A stretch of DNA of 39,294 bases from Octopus bimaculoides (Eukaryota), in assembly GCF_001194135.2 (NCBI RefSeq), contig NC_068991.1, positions 31,336,003 to 31,375,296 on the forward strand, read 5' to 3'. Below are positions 25,188 to 38,636 of this stretch, one piece after another. The notes under the pieces were generated by a model. That model did not search any database and was not told where the DNA came from. It saw nothing but the letters and a program-made list of their open reading frames with translations. A program made the translations under genes and the position numbers. The stretch's first letter is position 1, and each line of letters opens with the position of its first letter.

Positions 25188-25657
25188 GAGTGAGAGAGCA
25201 GTGCATACCATCAACGTGACACTGGGGTAAAATATACGAAGCCCAGTACACTCATCATGACTACTCTTTAGATAAGTGTACATATCAGGATAATCAGCGC
25301 ATGACCTTGCAGATGGGGCTCAATTAGAATTTTCTTCAGGTTGAGTAGCCCATCCCGCTCAAAAGGTCACTGAATAAGGCTTGTTTCAGGATGTTCAACA
25401 TAGCACCCATGTTTCCAGACATGAATTATCCAAACCCTTCAAAATTCCTCTCAATACATGGCTATGATGCTCCCCAACTACTTCTGCTCATGATCAGAGA
25501 TGCACATATCATCAGCCACCAAGGGAAATGCTCAACTGGTTAAGGTCAAACAAGGTAGCCCATCTTTTATGCCAAGACAAAACAATGGATATGATAACAC
25601 TTCCAGTCAGTTGAGATCAGAAGCCACGAGAGCCACTGTCTGGTACTGCATCAGGGC
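25188..25657. mobile_element. Non-coding TTA-flanked element 'X', copy 2 (two internal deletions)
   Basis: Same termini as copy 1; lacks segments corresponding to ~22930-23020 and ~23315-23350. Confidence 0.75.
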
Positions 25658-25669
25658 ATTATTATTATT

Positions 25670-25746
<77 letters not shown>

Positions 25747-25747
25747 C

Positions 25748-25810
<63 letters not shown>

Positions 25811-25811
<1 letters not shown>

Positions 25812-26732
25812 TGAAAACTCACAGCTTATTTTGCTAGGTATGATCGAAAGTGTTAGCTGTCCACAGCTAGCAGACTAAGGTGACGTTTTTTACTGGTCAT
25901 GCTTCAAGAATCCAGCGAAGAATTCATGCAGTTCCAAGCGATTCTGATCTTTGTAGGTGTTCTACTTTCACACTTGCACCGATCTTTTTCAGCTGTGTCG
26001 GTAGCTGAGTGCTGATACTTCCAAGTGCACCAATTACTATTGGCATCACGTCTACTCGCTTCATTGACCACAACCTTCGTATTTCCCACTTTCGTATTGT
26101 TCTTGCTTGGTCACATAATCTTTGTTCAGTAATGTCGAACAGTTCCATTGCCTTCCATTGATCGTGAATTCGTTTTCTGTACTTTCTGACAGGCACACCA
26201 TTCGCATCCACTGGGGTTCTCCGGTAGTAACACTCCATAACCATCATGTTTACTCACCTATGTCTTGTTACATAGCTAGCAGTTGCTGGATTATGACCGG
26301 TCCCATCCTGCTGCACCATTGGTTCCCGTCCCATTCACACCGTTATTGTCATTTATTTTGCTTGGCATTTTCACTCACAAATGAGGTCTTTTTAGGTTAC
26401 TACCAACCGATATTTTTTATCGAGACACCATCTCTATCAAAGTAGCCCGCCAAGGCAGCAGGGTGCTTGCTCTTCTAGTTTTGGACACAGAGTGTTCCTT
26501 TTCTGAGGCTGCTTGCGACCCAAGGCTAACGAGTGCAGCTTACCCGAAGCACTGGTTATTTGAACGCGCTAGATACTCGCCTTTTCTCACACTTCTCCTG
26601 TTGGTTTGGCGAAGGAGTCAGCCAAGACTGCAGAGCTCTTACTACCCGTAAGTTGTGCCTGTTCTCTTCACATTTCTGTGTGTTGGGGACCATGATGTTG
26701 ATTCTCACTAGGAGATAGGTGTCCGTCTGTTG

Positions 26733-26733
<1 letters not shown>
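25811..26733 (-). mobile_element. Short internally deleted R4/Dong-clade element (apparent 5'UTR + ORF start fused to ORF end + 3'UTR)
   Basis: ORF 25924..26247 joins N-terminal MVMECYYRRTPVD...YRKRIHDQW...EQRLCDQARTIRK in frame to C-terminal WEIRRLW...MPIVIGALG; ~480 nt upstream leader ends at (AAT)n. Confidence 0.8.
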
Positions 26734-26830
<97 letters not shown>

Positions 26831-26831
<1 letters not shown>

Positions 26832-29407
26832 GCTGTTTTGTTTTTCTTCTTTCTTCAAATTTTCTTCCATTTCTCGCCGAGTGTTTTCCGTACACCTATG
26901 GCAGAGAAGCTCATTGTATGCATTCCCAGCTTACACACGCAAATTCACAGGTAAAATATGTATTTAAAAAAATAAGTAAATAAATAAATTCATGAATGGC
27001 TGTTGTTTTTACAGCGATAATGCTCTCTCAGTACATCAGTCCTTCCAGTTAACACGATTTTTTGCACTTCCTGTAGGGATGGTAAACCTAGTATCGTTTT
27101 CAAATAGGTTTCAGTACCTTTTTTAATCATTCCTAGATATCCTACAATCACTGGTACGGTATTCGTCTTGAGATGCCACATCTTTTCAATTTCTATTAGC
27201 AAGTCTTTATATTTACTTTTCTTGTCAAATTCTTTCGCCGCTATATTGTGAAATACTCATGTCAATTAACAAATATCTTTTTTGTCTGATCATTTATAAT
27301 AATATCCGATTTATTAGCTTTTATAATTTTGTCGGTATGTACGGGGAAGTCCCAGAGAATCGATACATTTTCTCCCTCAGTTACAGCTTCAGGATGGTGT
27401 TTATACCATTTGTCAGCGGCTTTGATTTTATAATGCCAGCCTATTGTCCAGTGTGAATACTGGCCGACTCTACATGTCTTGCTTTATATTCTACAGGTGC
27501 TAAGACTCTACACCCTGAGATCAGGTGGTCTATATAGTTTCAATCTCATCGTTACAGAATCGGTATTTTGGTTCAGCTCCATTTTTTATCACATTAACTT
27601 GGAAGTTCCGGGTCAATAAGCTTTGATCTTGAGCAGCTAATATGAAACCTTCACTCTCTGCTTTTAGCCCTGAGCTTCGTAACCATTGATGTGTATGTTT
27701 CTGGTCGACATCAGCTTGTTTGCTACGAGCCACATACTTGCCATGCAGAGGTTTCTGTTCCCATCTGCTAGCTAATTTTTCATGTGCTTTTGTCTTTGCA
27801 ATTAATTTTATTTTCTTTGCAGCAGCAGTTGGCGCATTTCCTTCAACCTGATCAATCTGGTGGGTATCTAAGAGATCAGTAGCGAATTTTTTGCTCTCTT
27901 TCAGAAGTTTTTTCGGTCTTTCATGTTTTTGAACAAGTTTCAGCATCCAATCGTTGGTTGTTTCAAGATATTTAGTCAGTCCGATTGTGGTGGTTTTATA
28001 CGTAAGTTCAAGCTGGATCAAGCCTCGACCTCCCCGAGCTCTAGGAAGGTAAACACGATCAACATCTGCCTTTGATGATGCATCTTATTACAAGTCAGTA
28101 GCATGTGGATTTTTCTATCAATTTTCATTATTTCACTGGTACTCCAGTTAAGCACATTGAAGCTATAAAGAACAACTGGGACTTCTAAGGAATTTATGGC
28201 TAACACCTTATTATATGCATTCAGCTCAGACTTCAGAACTGCTCGAACTATTCTATAACATTCCTTCCTAACTTTTTCTTTCATGCTTGCATGCTGGATA
28301 CCAGAGCCTTCATTTATTCCTAGGTATTTATAGGTTTGTTCCTGCTCAAGTTCCTTTATTACTGTTTCGACATATAATTCCATTGAACTTGACTATACCA
28401 GTTTCCTTTTCTTAAAAGTGGCTTTGGCACACTTTTCAAGGCCAAACTCCATCCCGATATCATCACTGAATCCTTTCACAGTATGTAGTAGTCCTTCAAG
28501 TTCTTCATCATCTTTGCCATATAGTTTTAAATCATCCATATAAAATAGATGGCTTATTTTCCTGTTGTCAATTTTGTAGCCATACTGTTCTATTCAGTTC
28601 ACTTGAGAGTAGTATTAGTGCTATGCAGAAAATTAGTGATGAAATTGAGTCACCTTGGAAAATGTCACAGTTTATGCTAATATTGTTTGAGCGCAATATT
28701 CCATTAGAATGATATAATTGGAGCTTCGTGTTGCATAGTGACATATTATACTTTAAAAAATCTGAAATCACAGGAGAAATTTTGAAAATGTCCAGCGATT
28801 TCAGAATCCACGCATGTAATATGCTGTTAAAAGCTTTTTTATAATCAATCCATGAAGAGCTGAGATTTCTGCGCTTGTTATGGCAGTTCTCAAGGATCAT
28901 GTGATTATTTAGGAGCTGATCTTTGCATCCGTATGAGCCTCGTTTGCATCGTTTTTGTTCAGTGGGAAAGAGGTTATTCTCTTCCATAAACGTATGTTTT
29001 CTCCACTAGAATAGATGTCAAAATCTTATAGGTAGTAGACAAACATGTTATAGGCCGGTAGTGTTTTGGGTATTTGGTTTCGTTATTTTGGGGGAGGAGG
29101 TTAGTAATACCGTTTGCCATCCAACTGAGAATTTTTTCTGGGTCTTTCATAATACTATTAAATAGTATTACTAACATTTTGTGTGCGGATGAAAGTGATG
29201 AGAGCCAGAAATTTGGTACTCTATCAATACCAGGGGATTTCCACTTATGAGCCTTCGTTAGTGGCCTCCTTAGGTCAGCGATTGAGATGTCTTCCCATAC
29301 CTGTTCTTGTAGATTTTTGTAGGCATCTTGGGTGCGTTTGATCCAGTCTGCATTTTCATTGTATGGTTTGTCATTACTCCAGATTCCTTTCCAAAAGTTT
29401 TCAACTC
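26831..29407 (-). mobile_element. R4/Dong-clade family C, 2.6-kb 5'-truncated copy spanning RT-CCHC-RLE (pseudogenised)
   Basis: KWKSPGIDRVPNFWL, YRPITCLSTTYK, WIDYKKAFNS, FQGDSISSL, HLFYMDDLKLY, MEFGLEKCAK, YKYLGINE, ESEGFILAAQDQ, PVIVGYLG; multiple frameshifts. Confidence 0.92.
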
Positions 29408-29452
<45 letters not shown>

Positions 29453-29669
29453 TTTCCTCATCTGCACACACTAACCCGTATGTTTTATTTTGCTTTTAAC
29501 ATCAATAATAAGAATCTAATGTAAACATATCGTCACACATGTAAACATATATACATACACACCCGCACGTTCAGTTTCGTTTATACATAGATAAAATTGC
29601 ATACAAATCATAATCATACACAATTACGTGCAAAAACACACATACATGTATACATAAGAATGTTTCCAC

Positions 29670-31290
29670 AAACACCATGTGGAACGGATGCTGACTTCAC
29701 TTGAACATGTGGTAACATGGGCTACAAGGAAGTTTAAGCCAAGAAATGTAGAAGTATGGTGACCTGGAGTGGCAAATTAACAAACAGAATTAAACTGCAA
29801 GCGGAAGGTGATGCTCTCCCATGAATAGAGGGAAATTCAATCAAATGCCTTGGAAAGAGGTTTGACAATTCACTCTCTGGCAGAAGCAATGTCACCAATA
29901 CTGAGAAGCAAGCAGAAGGTCTTGAATGATCAGGGCTTCCAGGAAAATTCAAGACATGGCTCTATCAACACGGACTGCTCCCAAGGCTTATATGGTTATT
30001 GATAGTATATGAGATTCCTATGACAAAAGTAGGAAGAGTGAAGAGTGGAAGATAAAAAAGTACCTCCGAAAGTGGCTGGATGTGTGTACGTCCCCCCCAC
30101 TCCTACCAAGCTTCACATAAGCTGTACATAAGATCTGGACAGCTACGTGATGGAAGAATTCAAGGTCATGAAATACAGAGGTGTAATGATGTACATGGAC
30201 TCCCAAGATGAGACTGTCAGGCACGTAGGCACCACAACCAGGACCGGGCGAAAGTGGGTGGCTAGCACTACAGTTGCACAGGCAGAAACCATGCAGAAGC
30301 TACGTCACATCATTGGAATTACACGCAGAGGACGGCAGGGTCTCGAGTTTACTTGCTCCTAACAATAGAAACAGATATCAGGGAGAAGAGAGCCATAAAC
30401 CAAGCAGAAGTACAGAACCAGGAGAAAGAAAGAAAAAGGTCAAGAGTTGTGGAGCTGGCATCTGAGACAGCCTAGAATAAATGGGACCTCTCCAAGAGGA
30501 AGGCCACATCAACAGACCTTTGGAGACTGAAACCTTCCCGTATTTCCTTCCTCCCAACGCCAACAAACTTGGAAACAAACAGGAAAGGCGCAAGAAACTC
30601 CACCACCAGGGAAAATAATAGCAGCAATCAAGTTCGTAAAAAGAAGAAAAACCAATGAGGACAGCAAAAAGGGCAAATGGCTTAATACATGGGTTACAAT
30701 CAAAGGATATGAAAGTGTACCTAGGTGAGAGACTGCAGTTTCCCCAGGTCGTCTATACAACCCTGAGGCCAGATGTAGTTCTGTGGTCTGAACAGGTAAC
30801 GAAAATAACTTTCATCGAGCCTCCAGTGGCAAGAAGGGTGTGATCAGGCCTGAGAATTGAAGCATGCCAAGTACGAGAGCCTTCTGCAGGATTGCAGAGA
30901 GAAGTGATAATAGTCATGGCTTTTCCCAATTGAAGTCGTCTGTAGGGGGTTCCCTGCCTTGCAGGTAAGGAGGATGCTTTACAGCCATTGGAATGTGAAG
31001 AAATGAGCAAAGGATGGCTGTGCGCAGGGTGGGAGTATCTCTTGCAGAATGGGAGAATCTCTTGCAGAATAGGAGAATCTCTTGCAGAATGGGAGAATCT
31101 CTTGCAGAATGGTAGAATCTCTTGCTGGTTATGGAGAGAGGAGTTGTGCTAAAAGCCAGATGATGAGCAATGATTTGGCCATATATGCTGACCCACTAAC
31201 AGGAGAGTGCAACGGTTCAGGGCCGAACCATTCGATGACCATCGGATGCTGTCTAATGACATCATTTGCCCTTGACCAAATCTCCATTCA
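29670..31290 (+). mobile_element. HERO-like RLE non-LTR retrotransposon fragment
   Basis: KFKP.K.RS, IKCLGKRFD, SGLPGKFKTWLYQHGLLPRLIW, EEFKV, TGRKWVA, GRQGL, RLQFPQVVYTTLRPDVVLWS..IE (PD..E RLE core), KYESLL; region between RT thumb and RLE partly deleted. Confidence 0.75.
31031..31125 (+). repeat. 20-bp minisatellite x~4.75 inside the HERO-like C-terminus
   Basis: gggagaatctcttgcagaat repeated at 31031, 31051, 31071, 31091, with a partial copy at 31111. Confidence 0.9.
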
Positions 31291-31387
31291 CTTTGGTGAG
31301 TGGAAAAAGAAGCACCTTCTAGATGTTATCAATAACATCACACACACGCGCACACACACAGATATGTGTGTGTATTANNNNNNNNNN

Positions 31388-31420
<33 letters not shown>

Positions 31421-31718
31421 ATACATACACATACACACATACACATTGACATACATACATAAATAAAAACACACGTGTTGCTAACACACCTAGCTTTACA
31501 TGAAACACACGGTGATAATGCACACTTATGTACCGACAAGGTGTCACATCGATTAGAAAAACATAGACGACCATGATGATGCATACCGGTAATATAGACA
31601 TACGTATATATACATATTAATGTGTACATATATAGTTCATTCGTACACTCATAGAAAACTTTAAACGTGTTGTATAAACGTGACAATAATACATTACAAG
31701 AAAAAGCTAAACACTCGA

Positions 31719-31728
<10 letters not shown>

Positions 31729-31800
<72 letters not shown>

Positions 31801-33007
31801 CGGAGAGAAAGGGGGTGAAAGGGTGAGAATGTGAGAGGGTGAGAGAAAGGGCGGAAGAGAGAAAAGGCGTTATGGAAACAGCCACAGCTATGTGTAAACT
31901 CATACATATCGAAAACAGACTCGCACAAACACACAAACGCGCGTACGCACATGCACCCCCCCACACACACACACACACACAGAGGATGTATCGAATGAGC
32001 TCCCATCCTATATCTTCATTTAATTGCTTGCTTGTGAAAACTAATATCTCCGACTCTCCGCTATTAGTTACCTCCCCTTGAGAGTTCTCCAATCCTCTCC
32101 ATTAACGCCATATTGACTATAAAACTTTTATTGGTGGCGAATTGCAAACAACAAATTGGTATGGCTATCCGATAGCTAAATGTAGCGGGTAGGGAAGGGA
32201 TAAAGGCTTTTTTATGGTTCTGCGCCGTTCTTGGCGTAACCTTTACATAGGCTGAAAGCAACTATATCCCAGTAACTCCCAGAGACAGCATTATTCCGGT
32301 CATCCAAATCCAAGATGATAGAGTAGTTTTCAAATTTCTCGCTGATTTATGAATGTTGTTTTTTGGTGACATCCCTATTTCTGACACACGCATCTACCCC
32401 TCTCTCTCCCCCTCTCTTTTTGTCTCTTTATCTATGACTCTACTGCATTTCCATTTTCTCCTCTTTCGTTTCCCAACCGCCACTACCCACTTAACAGACA
32501 GTATTTTCTTTCACACTCTACCTCCAAACATTCACTTTTATTTCCATGTCTGCCGATGATATCCTTGACAATATTTGTCGCTATTATTATGATTACTGGT
32601 GTTGATACAATGTGTGCTGCTGCTATTGCTGATGTTGTTATCACTCCTACTGTAGTTGTTGATGTTGTGGTTCTTAGAGAAGAATTAACGTGCTTACAGG
32701 AATTTTAGTGGTATTAATTTGTGTTTTATGGTAAATTGTGTTTGTCTTTCTAATCTCGATTTTCACCATTCACCATATTAATATTCACTTTTTTTTTTCG
32801 AGTAGTGTTTGCAAGGAAGGTACCAAAGCTTGTGGAAAATTTGGTAAGGCTCGGTCTACGTTCAAATTAAGTGTTGGGATTAAATAGTCTTAAGACTGAT
32901 TTAAAAACCGATCAAAGAAAACAGACAATTAGGAAAATAATGATAAAGACAATAAAAAGTAAAACTGTTAAGTTCTGTCCGTTAAAATCTTAGTCTTCTT
33001 GCTTTTT

Positions 33008-33078
<71 letters not shown>

Positions 33079-33226
33079 ACAGAGATAGACAAAGAGATAA
33101 GCAGACAGACAGACAGACAAACGAGTCTTTCAAAAGTCTCTCAAGTCTCTCAAAAGGAGGTTTTTCTGTAGAAAAAACTGAACTCAGCACTCTATACAAG
33201 CATACCACTTGTTAATTTCACAGTGA

Positions 33227-33267
<41 letters not shown>

Positions 33268-33600
33268 TTACAAGACGAAATCACACCTACACTGTGTAGA
33301 CACACACAGACACGCGCGAGCAATTACATATGCAGATACACACCACGCACACGTGTGTGTGTGTGTGTGTGTGCGTGTGTGTGTGTGCGCGTGTGTGTGT
33401 GTGTGTGATATGTGTACGGATGGATATCAAAAGTTTTGTATGCACACATAAACGTACACACAACACTCACATGTATTCACACACGCACATACACATACAA
33501 GTACGTACACACACAAACTCACACACAGACACACACACACACACACACACACGCACATGCACACACGTACGCGCACATACGTGCATACGCGCGCGCTCAA
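31729..33600. repeat. Microsatellites: (AGAT)n/(TA)n 31729-31800, (GA)/(GACA) 33012-33120, (CTA)n 33227-33269, TG/CA 33340-33600
   Basis: Directly visible simple repeats. Confidence 0.9.
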
Positions 33601-33843
33601 ATGAACCAGTGAGATTATCTCCAAGGGTTATTCAAGCACTCAGAAATAACAGTTACATCCCGTCGTACAGTATCTTTTATCTTAAAATTGAAGGACATAT
33701 TGGATTGAAACGTGTAGCTCTAAATACAGTATGTCTTAAAATTAGACATGATAGTCATAGCAGGAATAACTGACTTAGGTATGCTGAATGAAAGCTGACC
33801 AGGTACTGAACCACAATACCGATTATCAAAAATATAATGCGGT

Positions 33844-35008
33844 GGAACAAAATAAGAGAAACATAACCTTTTATTTTATTACTTTTCCTATTGGCAATAT
33901 GGCGCATTCAAAAGTAATCTGGTGCACTCCATGATATAGCAGCCGCTTTTCTTTCAGTCATTCTTTCTTTCTTTGCAGATATTTATATTTAAACAACTTA
34001 AAATGCGTGACCTGTCTTATTTCCAAATAGGAAAAATTGTAGGAGCGCCGGTGGCTGGAGTTTCAGTCACTAAAATTGCTGAACTGTTTAATGCCTCGGG
34101 AGGTACAGTTTCTAAAAATTATATTGACATCCCAAAACCAAGGTAGGACCAGTTCTGGTAAGCCTAATTCAGAACAGAAAGCACAGCTCACAGAGAAGGA
34201 CCGCAAAATAGTGAAACAGGGACCAAAAATCATCGAAATACGGCAGCAAAAGGGACAGCAGACAAGCCAAACTGGTTGCTGTAAACGCCATAAAGCTGGC
34301 TACCATGAGAGTGCTACAGTTACTTGACCTTTCCTGTTCCCTATCAACATTGATAAACGGGAAAATGTTGTCTAGATTATCAGAAGTGGTCATGGCTCAA
34401 TGGAAAATATCATCTCTGATGAATCCCCATTCTTCCTTTTTCCGACTTTGGGGAAATTTTTATCTGGAGACAGTGCAAAGAAATATTCAACCGTAATTGT
34501 TTGGCCCCTATCATGAAGCATACAGGTGGCCCTATGTTTATTAAGGCAGCCATGTCACGGAATTCTATTGGCCCTTTAATTGCTCATGGCAGAATTAACG
34601 CCAAGGATTATCTGAGTCTTTTGGTTGATCATCTCCCTCCCATAATACAAACATTGTTCTTTGACGGTATTGCAATCTTCCAGAACGATAATACGCCGAT
34701 TCCTTCGACTAATGTTATTCAAAATTGGTATAGGGAGCACGAAAGTGAAGTAGCCCACTTGTATTGGCCCCCGCGATTACTGGAATTTGGAGCAGCGAGT
34801 TAAGAGCTGCTTCCCTCTACCATCGCCACTTAATGAGCTGAAGCAAGTTTTATTTTAAGAAAGGTTCAAAATTTCCCTAACAACTTTTTTAGAGCCTGGA
34901 CGAATTAATTCCTCGGCGTATTAAAGCTGTAACTGATGCCAAAAATGAACCAATTCCATAATAAATCATAAACTCTCATTTAACAAGGTGTTTCCATTAT
35001 TTCGTCCC
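33844..35008 (+). mobile_element. Tc1/mariner transposon, near full length, pseudogenised, with degenerate TIRs
   Basis: MRDLSYFQIGKIVGA...KIAELF (HTH), SDES, FQNDNTP, RIKAVTDAK; TIR remnants ggaacaaaataagagaaaca (33844-33863) vs tgtttccattatttcgtccc (34989-35008), 16/20 match. Confidence 0.85.
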
Positions 35009-35251
35009 GTAAATACGGAAACATTTAGCTGCTACTTTTAGCAGGTTGAGCGACTGCGTAGACACTTTCTAGTTGTAGTTGTTGTTAAACCCGAGGTCAG
35101 CCGTGATCAAGCAGATCTGTGATCAGATTTGTTCCAACTGTGACCATTCCAATTTTTATTCATAGTGTTAACTAGAATTGCATTAACCTTAATTTTCCAA
35201 GGCGACAGAACAATATTTAGCTGCTCTTTCAAGTAAATTGATTGATTACAT

Positions 35252-35301
<50 letters not shown>

Positions 35302-35723
35302 ATGTTGGTCTGAGGCCCGCTTAATCCTCCTCCTTATCTTCCCCCTTCAATAATATTTGGTAGGAGGTTAACTATATGACTGTAGGAAGAAAAGCCACAT
35401 TGTAACCCTATAGAATGGAACTGTCCAATAAGAAAGTATAAAGTATCATAGTTGAAAAGTTGACCAGCAGAAGAATAATCAATTTAAGTTGTCCCTGTTT
35501 CTCGTTAACCTCAGCAACATAATACTCTCGGGAAACAATACCATCGAACTTCCATCTCACTTGAAAAGCTTCTCCACTGCTCTTCGAATTTCTATTGCCA
35601 GTTCTTACAACATCACTCTCTTTCTCTGTTCTTCTCACTTCCTCTTTTCTCTTATATCTCTCTATTCCCTCCATCTATTTTGATTTTTCTCATTCCTCTT
35701 ATTCTTTAATTATCATCATCTCC

Positions 35724-35792
<69 letters not shown>

Positions 35793-38549
35793 TATGGTTT
35801 CCTTTCATTATAACTTTATTTCAGCTGCCTTAGTACCGGGCATCCTCCGGAGGCCAAGAGTAGCAAGGGCACTTTTGTTTTTTGCTATGCATGCTAAAAT
35901 TATCACCACATTTGTTCCATTTTAGATGGCGAGTACTTTCCGTAGAATGTGGGCTGTACCCATCAAGGTTATCTTTTGTCGTTCACTGAGATTGGAGTTA
36001 CCAGGGAGTTGCTTAATATACTTCTCAGCTCCCTTCTTTATCATTCCCAACACACCAATTGCTACTGGTATTATCATAGTACTATGTTTCCACATTTATG
36101 TGATTCCAATTTGCAGATCTTTTAGCGAGAAAGCTTTTCGTATTTCTTTCTTCAGACATTTTGATCTTGTGGGATAGACATATCTATTAACAGACAAGTT
36201 CCTTTGTTGTAGTCTTTGATCACAATGTCTGTTCGATTAGAGTTAATTTCTCTGTCTTTTTGTATTGGGAAGTTCCAAAGGATGGTGACGCCCTCGCTAT
36301 TTACTACATTCTCTGGATGGAGTCTGTACCACTTACCATGGGGTTTATTTTTGTTGTAGTTACAAGCAGTCCAGTGGATGCACTGCCCTAGTCTGTCATG
36401 TCTTATGAGGTACTCCTTTTCAGCGAAGTCTGGGCAGCTAGAAACAACCTGATCAATTTTTTCCGTGTATTTTCCGCAATTTTTGCACGGGAGGTCAGAT
36501 CCATCTTTAAAGACGTTTGCATGGTAGTTTCTGGTAGGTAAGCTCTGATCTTACGCTGCAATAACAAAACCTTCTGGTTCCCCTTTCAGACCTGTCCCTT
36601 GTAGCCATTGCTGCGTTAAATTTTGATCAATATCTGGCTTGAACAGGCGGTTAGGGTATTTTCCATGCAGAAGTTTACCGTTCCAGTTGTCTTCGATATT
36701 ATTCATGCAAGCCTTCTTTACTTTTTGCGTCATATTTTTTGCATGAATGATTGATTTGTCGCTATTTGGATCTCTTTGGTCTTACTGATTGTTAATTTCT
36801 AAATCAGAAGCAATGGTAGGTCTGTTAGTATTTGGGTGTCTTTGGTCATTCTTATTGTTAATTTGTAGGCCAAAGGACATTTTAAATTTCTTACTCAGCT
36901 TCATAACTGAAGCTTTCTTGGAATTTTTATGCTTCAGTGCAGTTTGTAAGAGCACATTACTTGTGTTAAGATACATTTCAAGGGCTATCATTGCTGATGT
37001 GGAAGATTGTTCGAGCTGTATCAGTCCTCTTTTACCTATTTTTCTTAGAAGATAAATCCTATCTACATCTAATTTGGGATGGTGCATTCGATACCTTGTA
37101 AAGATTTTACGGATCTTTCTATCCATATTCTGCATGCCAGTGAGACTCCACTTAATGATACCGAAGCTATATGTGGTTACTGGAATTGCCTAAGAATCGA
37201 TCGCATTAATTCTCTTAGCAGCATTTAATTCTGATTTTAGGACCATTCTTACCCTTCGGTGGCATTCCTTGCGGATTCTTTCTTTCATTTTAGAGTGTGG
37301 CTACCATCACCTTCATTGGTTCCCAGATATTTGTATACTTCGGATTGCTCTATGTTTCGAATAGCTGTGGTAGTATCAAGTTCTATGTTTTCTGTCTTTA
37401 TGAACTTCCCTGCTTTGAAAGTAGCTTTTGCACATTTATCAAGTCCGAATTCCATACCTGTATCAGGGCTGAATTCTTTGACAATATTCAGGAGCTCTTC
37501 TAATTCTTTTTCATTTTTGGCAAACAGTTTTAGATCATCCATATAGAGTAGATTAAGTTTCTGGTCAATATCTTATACCCTCCCTTAGCATTATTCATTA
37601 TTTTGGAAAACATTTGGCGTAAGCCAAAATGCACATTGGATCAGGGAAATTAAAGAATCTAGTCAAACATTTGGAATCTTGTCTATACCTGGGGATTTCC
37701 ATTTCTTTGACTTGGCGAGCACCGCTTTCACTTCTACAATTGTTATATCCTGCCATTCTTGATATTTCAGGTAGGCATTGGCCTCTTCTATGTCCCTGAT
37801 CGAATGTGCATTTTGATTAAGCTCCTTTGGCTTACGCCATATGTTTTCCAAAAATCTTCAGTTTGCTGCTGGGGTGGAAAGAATAAGAATGAGGTGTTTT
37901 CACACTAATAGTATTTTCTCTAATTCCCTGTTGAATTTTTTGTCTTCCTTGAATAGTTTTGTCTATGGAATGCTGAGCGTTTTTGTATCTTGCCAGTCGT
38001 TTGGTTTTTAATTGTAGTTTTTGTTTGAAGATTTCAATCTGTGCATCCTTTGTTTTCTTGAAAAGGTCATGTTTATCAATTATTCTAATTAGTTTGCTGG
38101 GTTTATTAGTTTTCCCTTTGCTTGCTTCAAGTAGAAAAGATATATCTGCTCTTAGGTGGATTATTTGTCGATTTATTCTTTCCATCCATGCAGGCTGTTT
38201 GTGTGCACTGCTCTTTTTCTTTTTTTGTCTATCTCTAATTTTGATATCTCTAATTTTCATACTGAGTTGCAACATAAGCAGCTGAGTAAATGCGTTGATC
38301 AATCACTTCGAGGGCATTTTCTCTACTATTCTCAAGGAGTTGTATCAGCTTTCCAAGTGTTTGACCAACTTCTTTGATTACTTTTCCTCTCTTATTACTG
38401 TTAAGAATTTTGGGACGTGGGGATCTTTCGTGAAAAGGTTGATGTAGTTGTATTAGATATTGTTCTAGGATTCCATCTAACAGTTCATTGCTGACGTGAT
38501 CATTTATAGTGTTTCTAACAGTTCATTGTTGATGTGATCATTTATAATG

Positions 38550-38552
<3 letters not shown>
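35793..38552 (-). mobile_element. R4/Dong-clade family E with internal deletion of most of the RT
   Basis: WMERINRQI..., KWKSPGIDKIPN, then directly LLYMDDLKLFAK, MEFGLDKCAK, YKYLG, MHHPKLDVDRIYL, EGFVIAA, CKNC...DQVVSSC, RLE region, HILRKVL; flanked by (TTA)n 35725-35792 and 38553+. Confidence 0.88.
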
Positions 38553-38634
<82 letters not shown>

Positions 38635-38636
38635 AC

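Noticed and set aside
25603-25657. HDV-like ribozyme at the minus-strand 5' end of element X
   Set aside because: P2, P3/L3 (UCUCGUG) and a CAA linker can be drawn, but P1 needs a bulge and is not conserved in copy 1, and there is no G for P1.1 and no P4.
31031-31125. CRISPR-like array (also 12268-12396)
   Set aside because: Units are directly adjacent with no unique spacers, the context is eukaryotic, and no cas genes are present.
32130-32380. KQQIGMAI resembling the Penelope RT motif B (Q..G.AMG)
   Set aside because: Single weak motif; flanking RT motifs not recoverable.
33330-33600. Large hairpins from opposed (TG)n/(CA)n tracts (also 17660-17975)
   Set aside because: Expected by chance at this microsatellite density.
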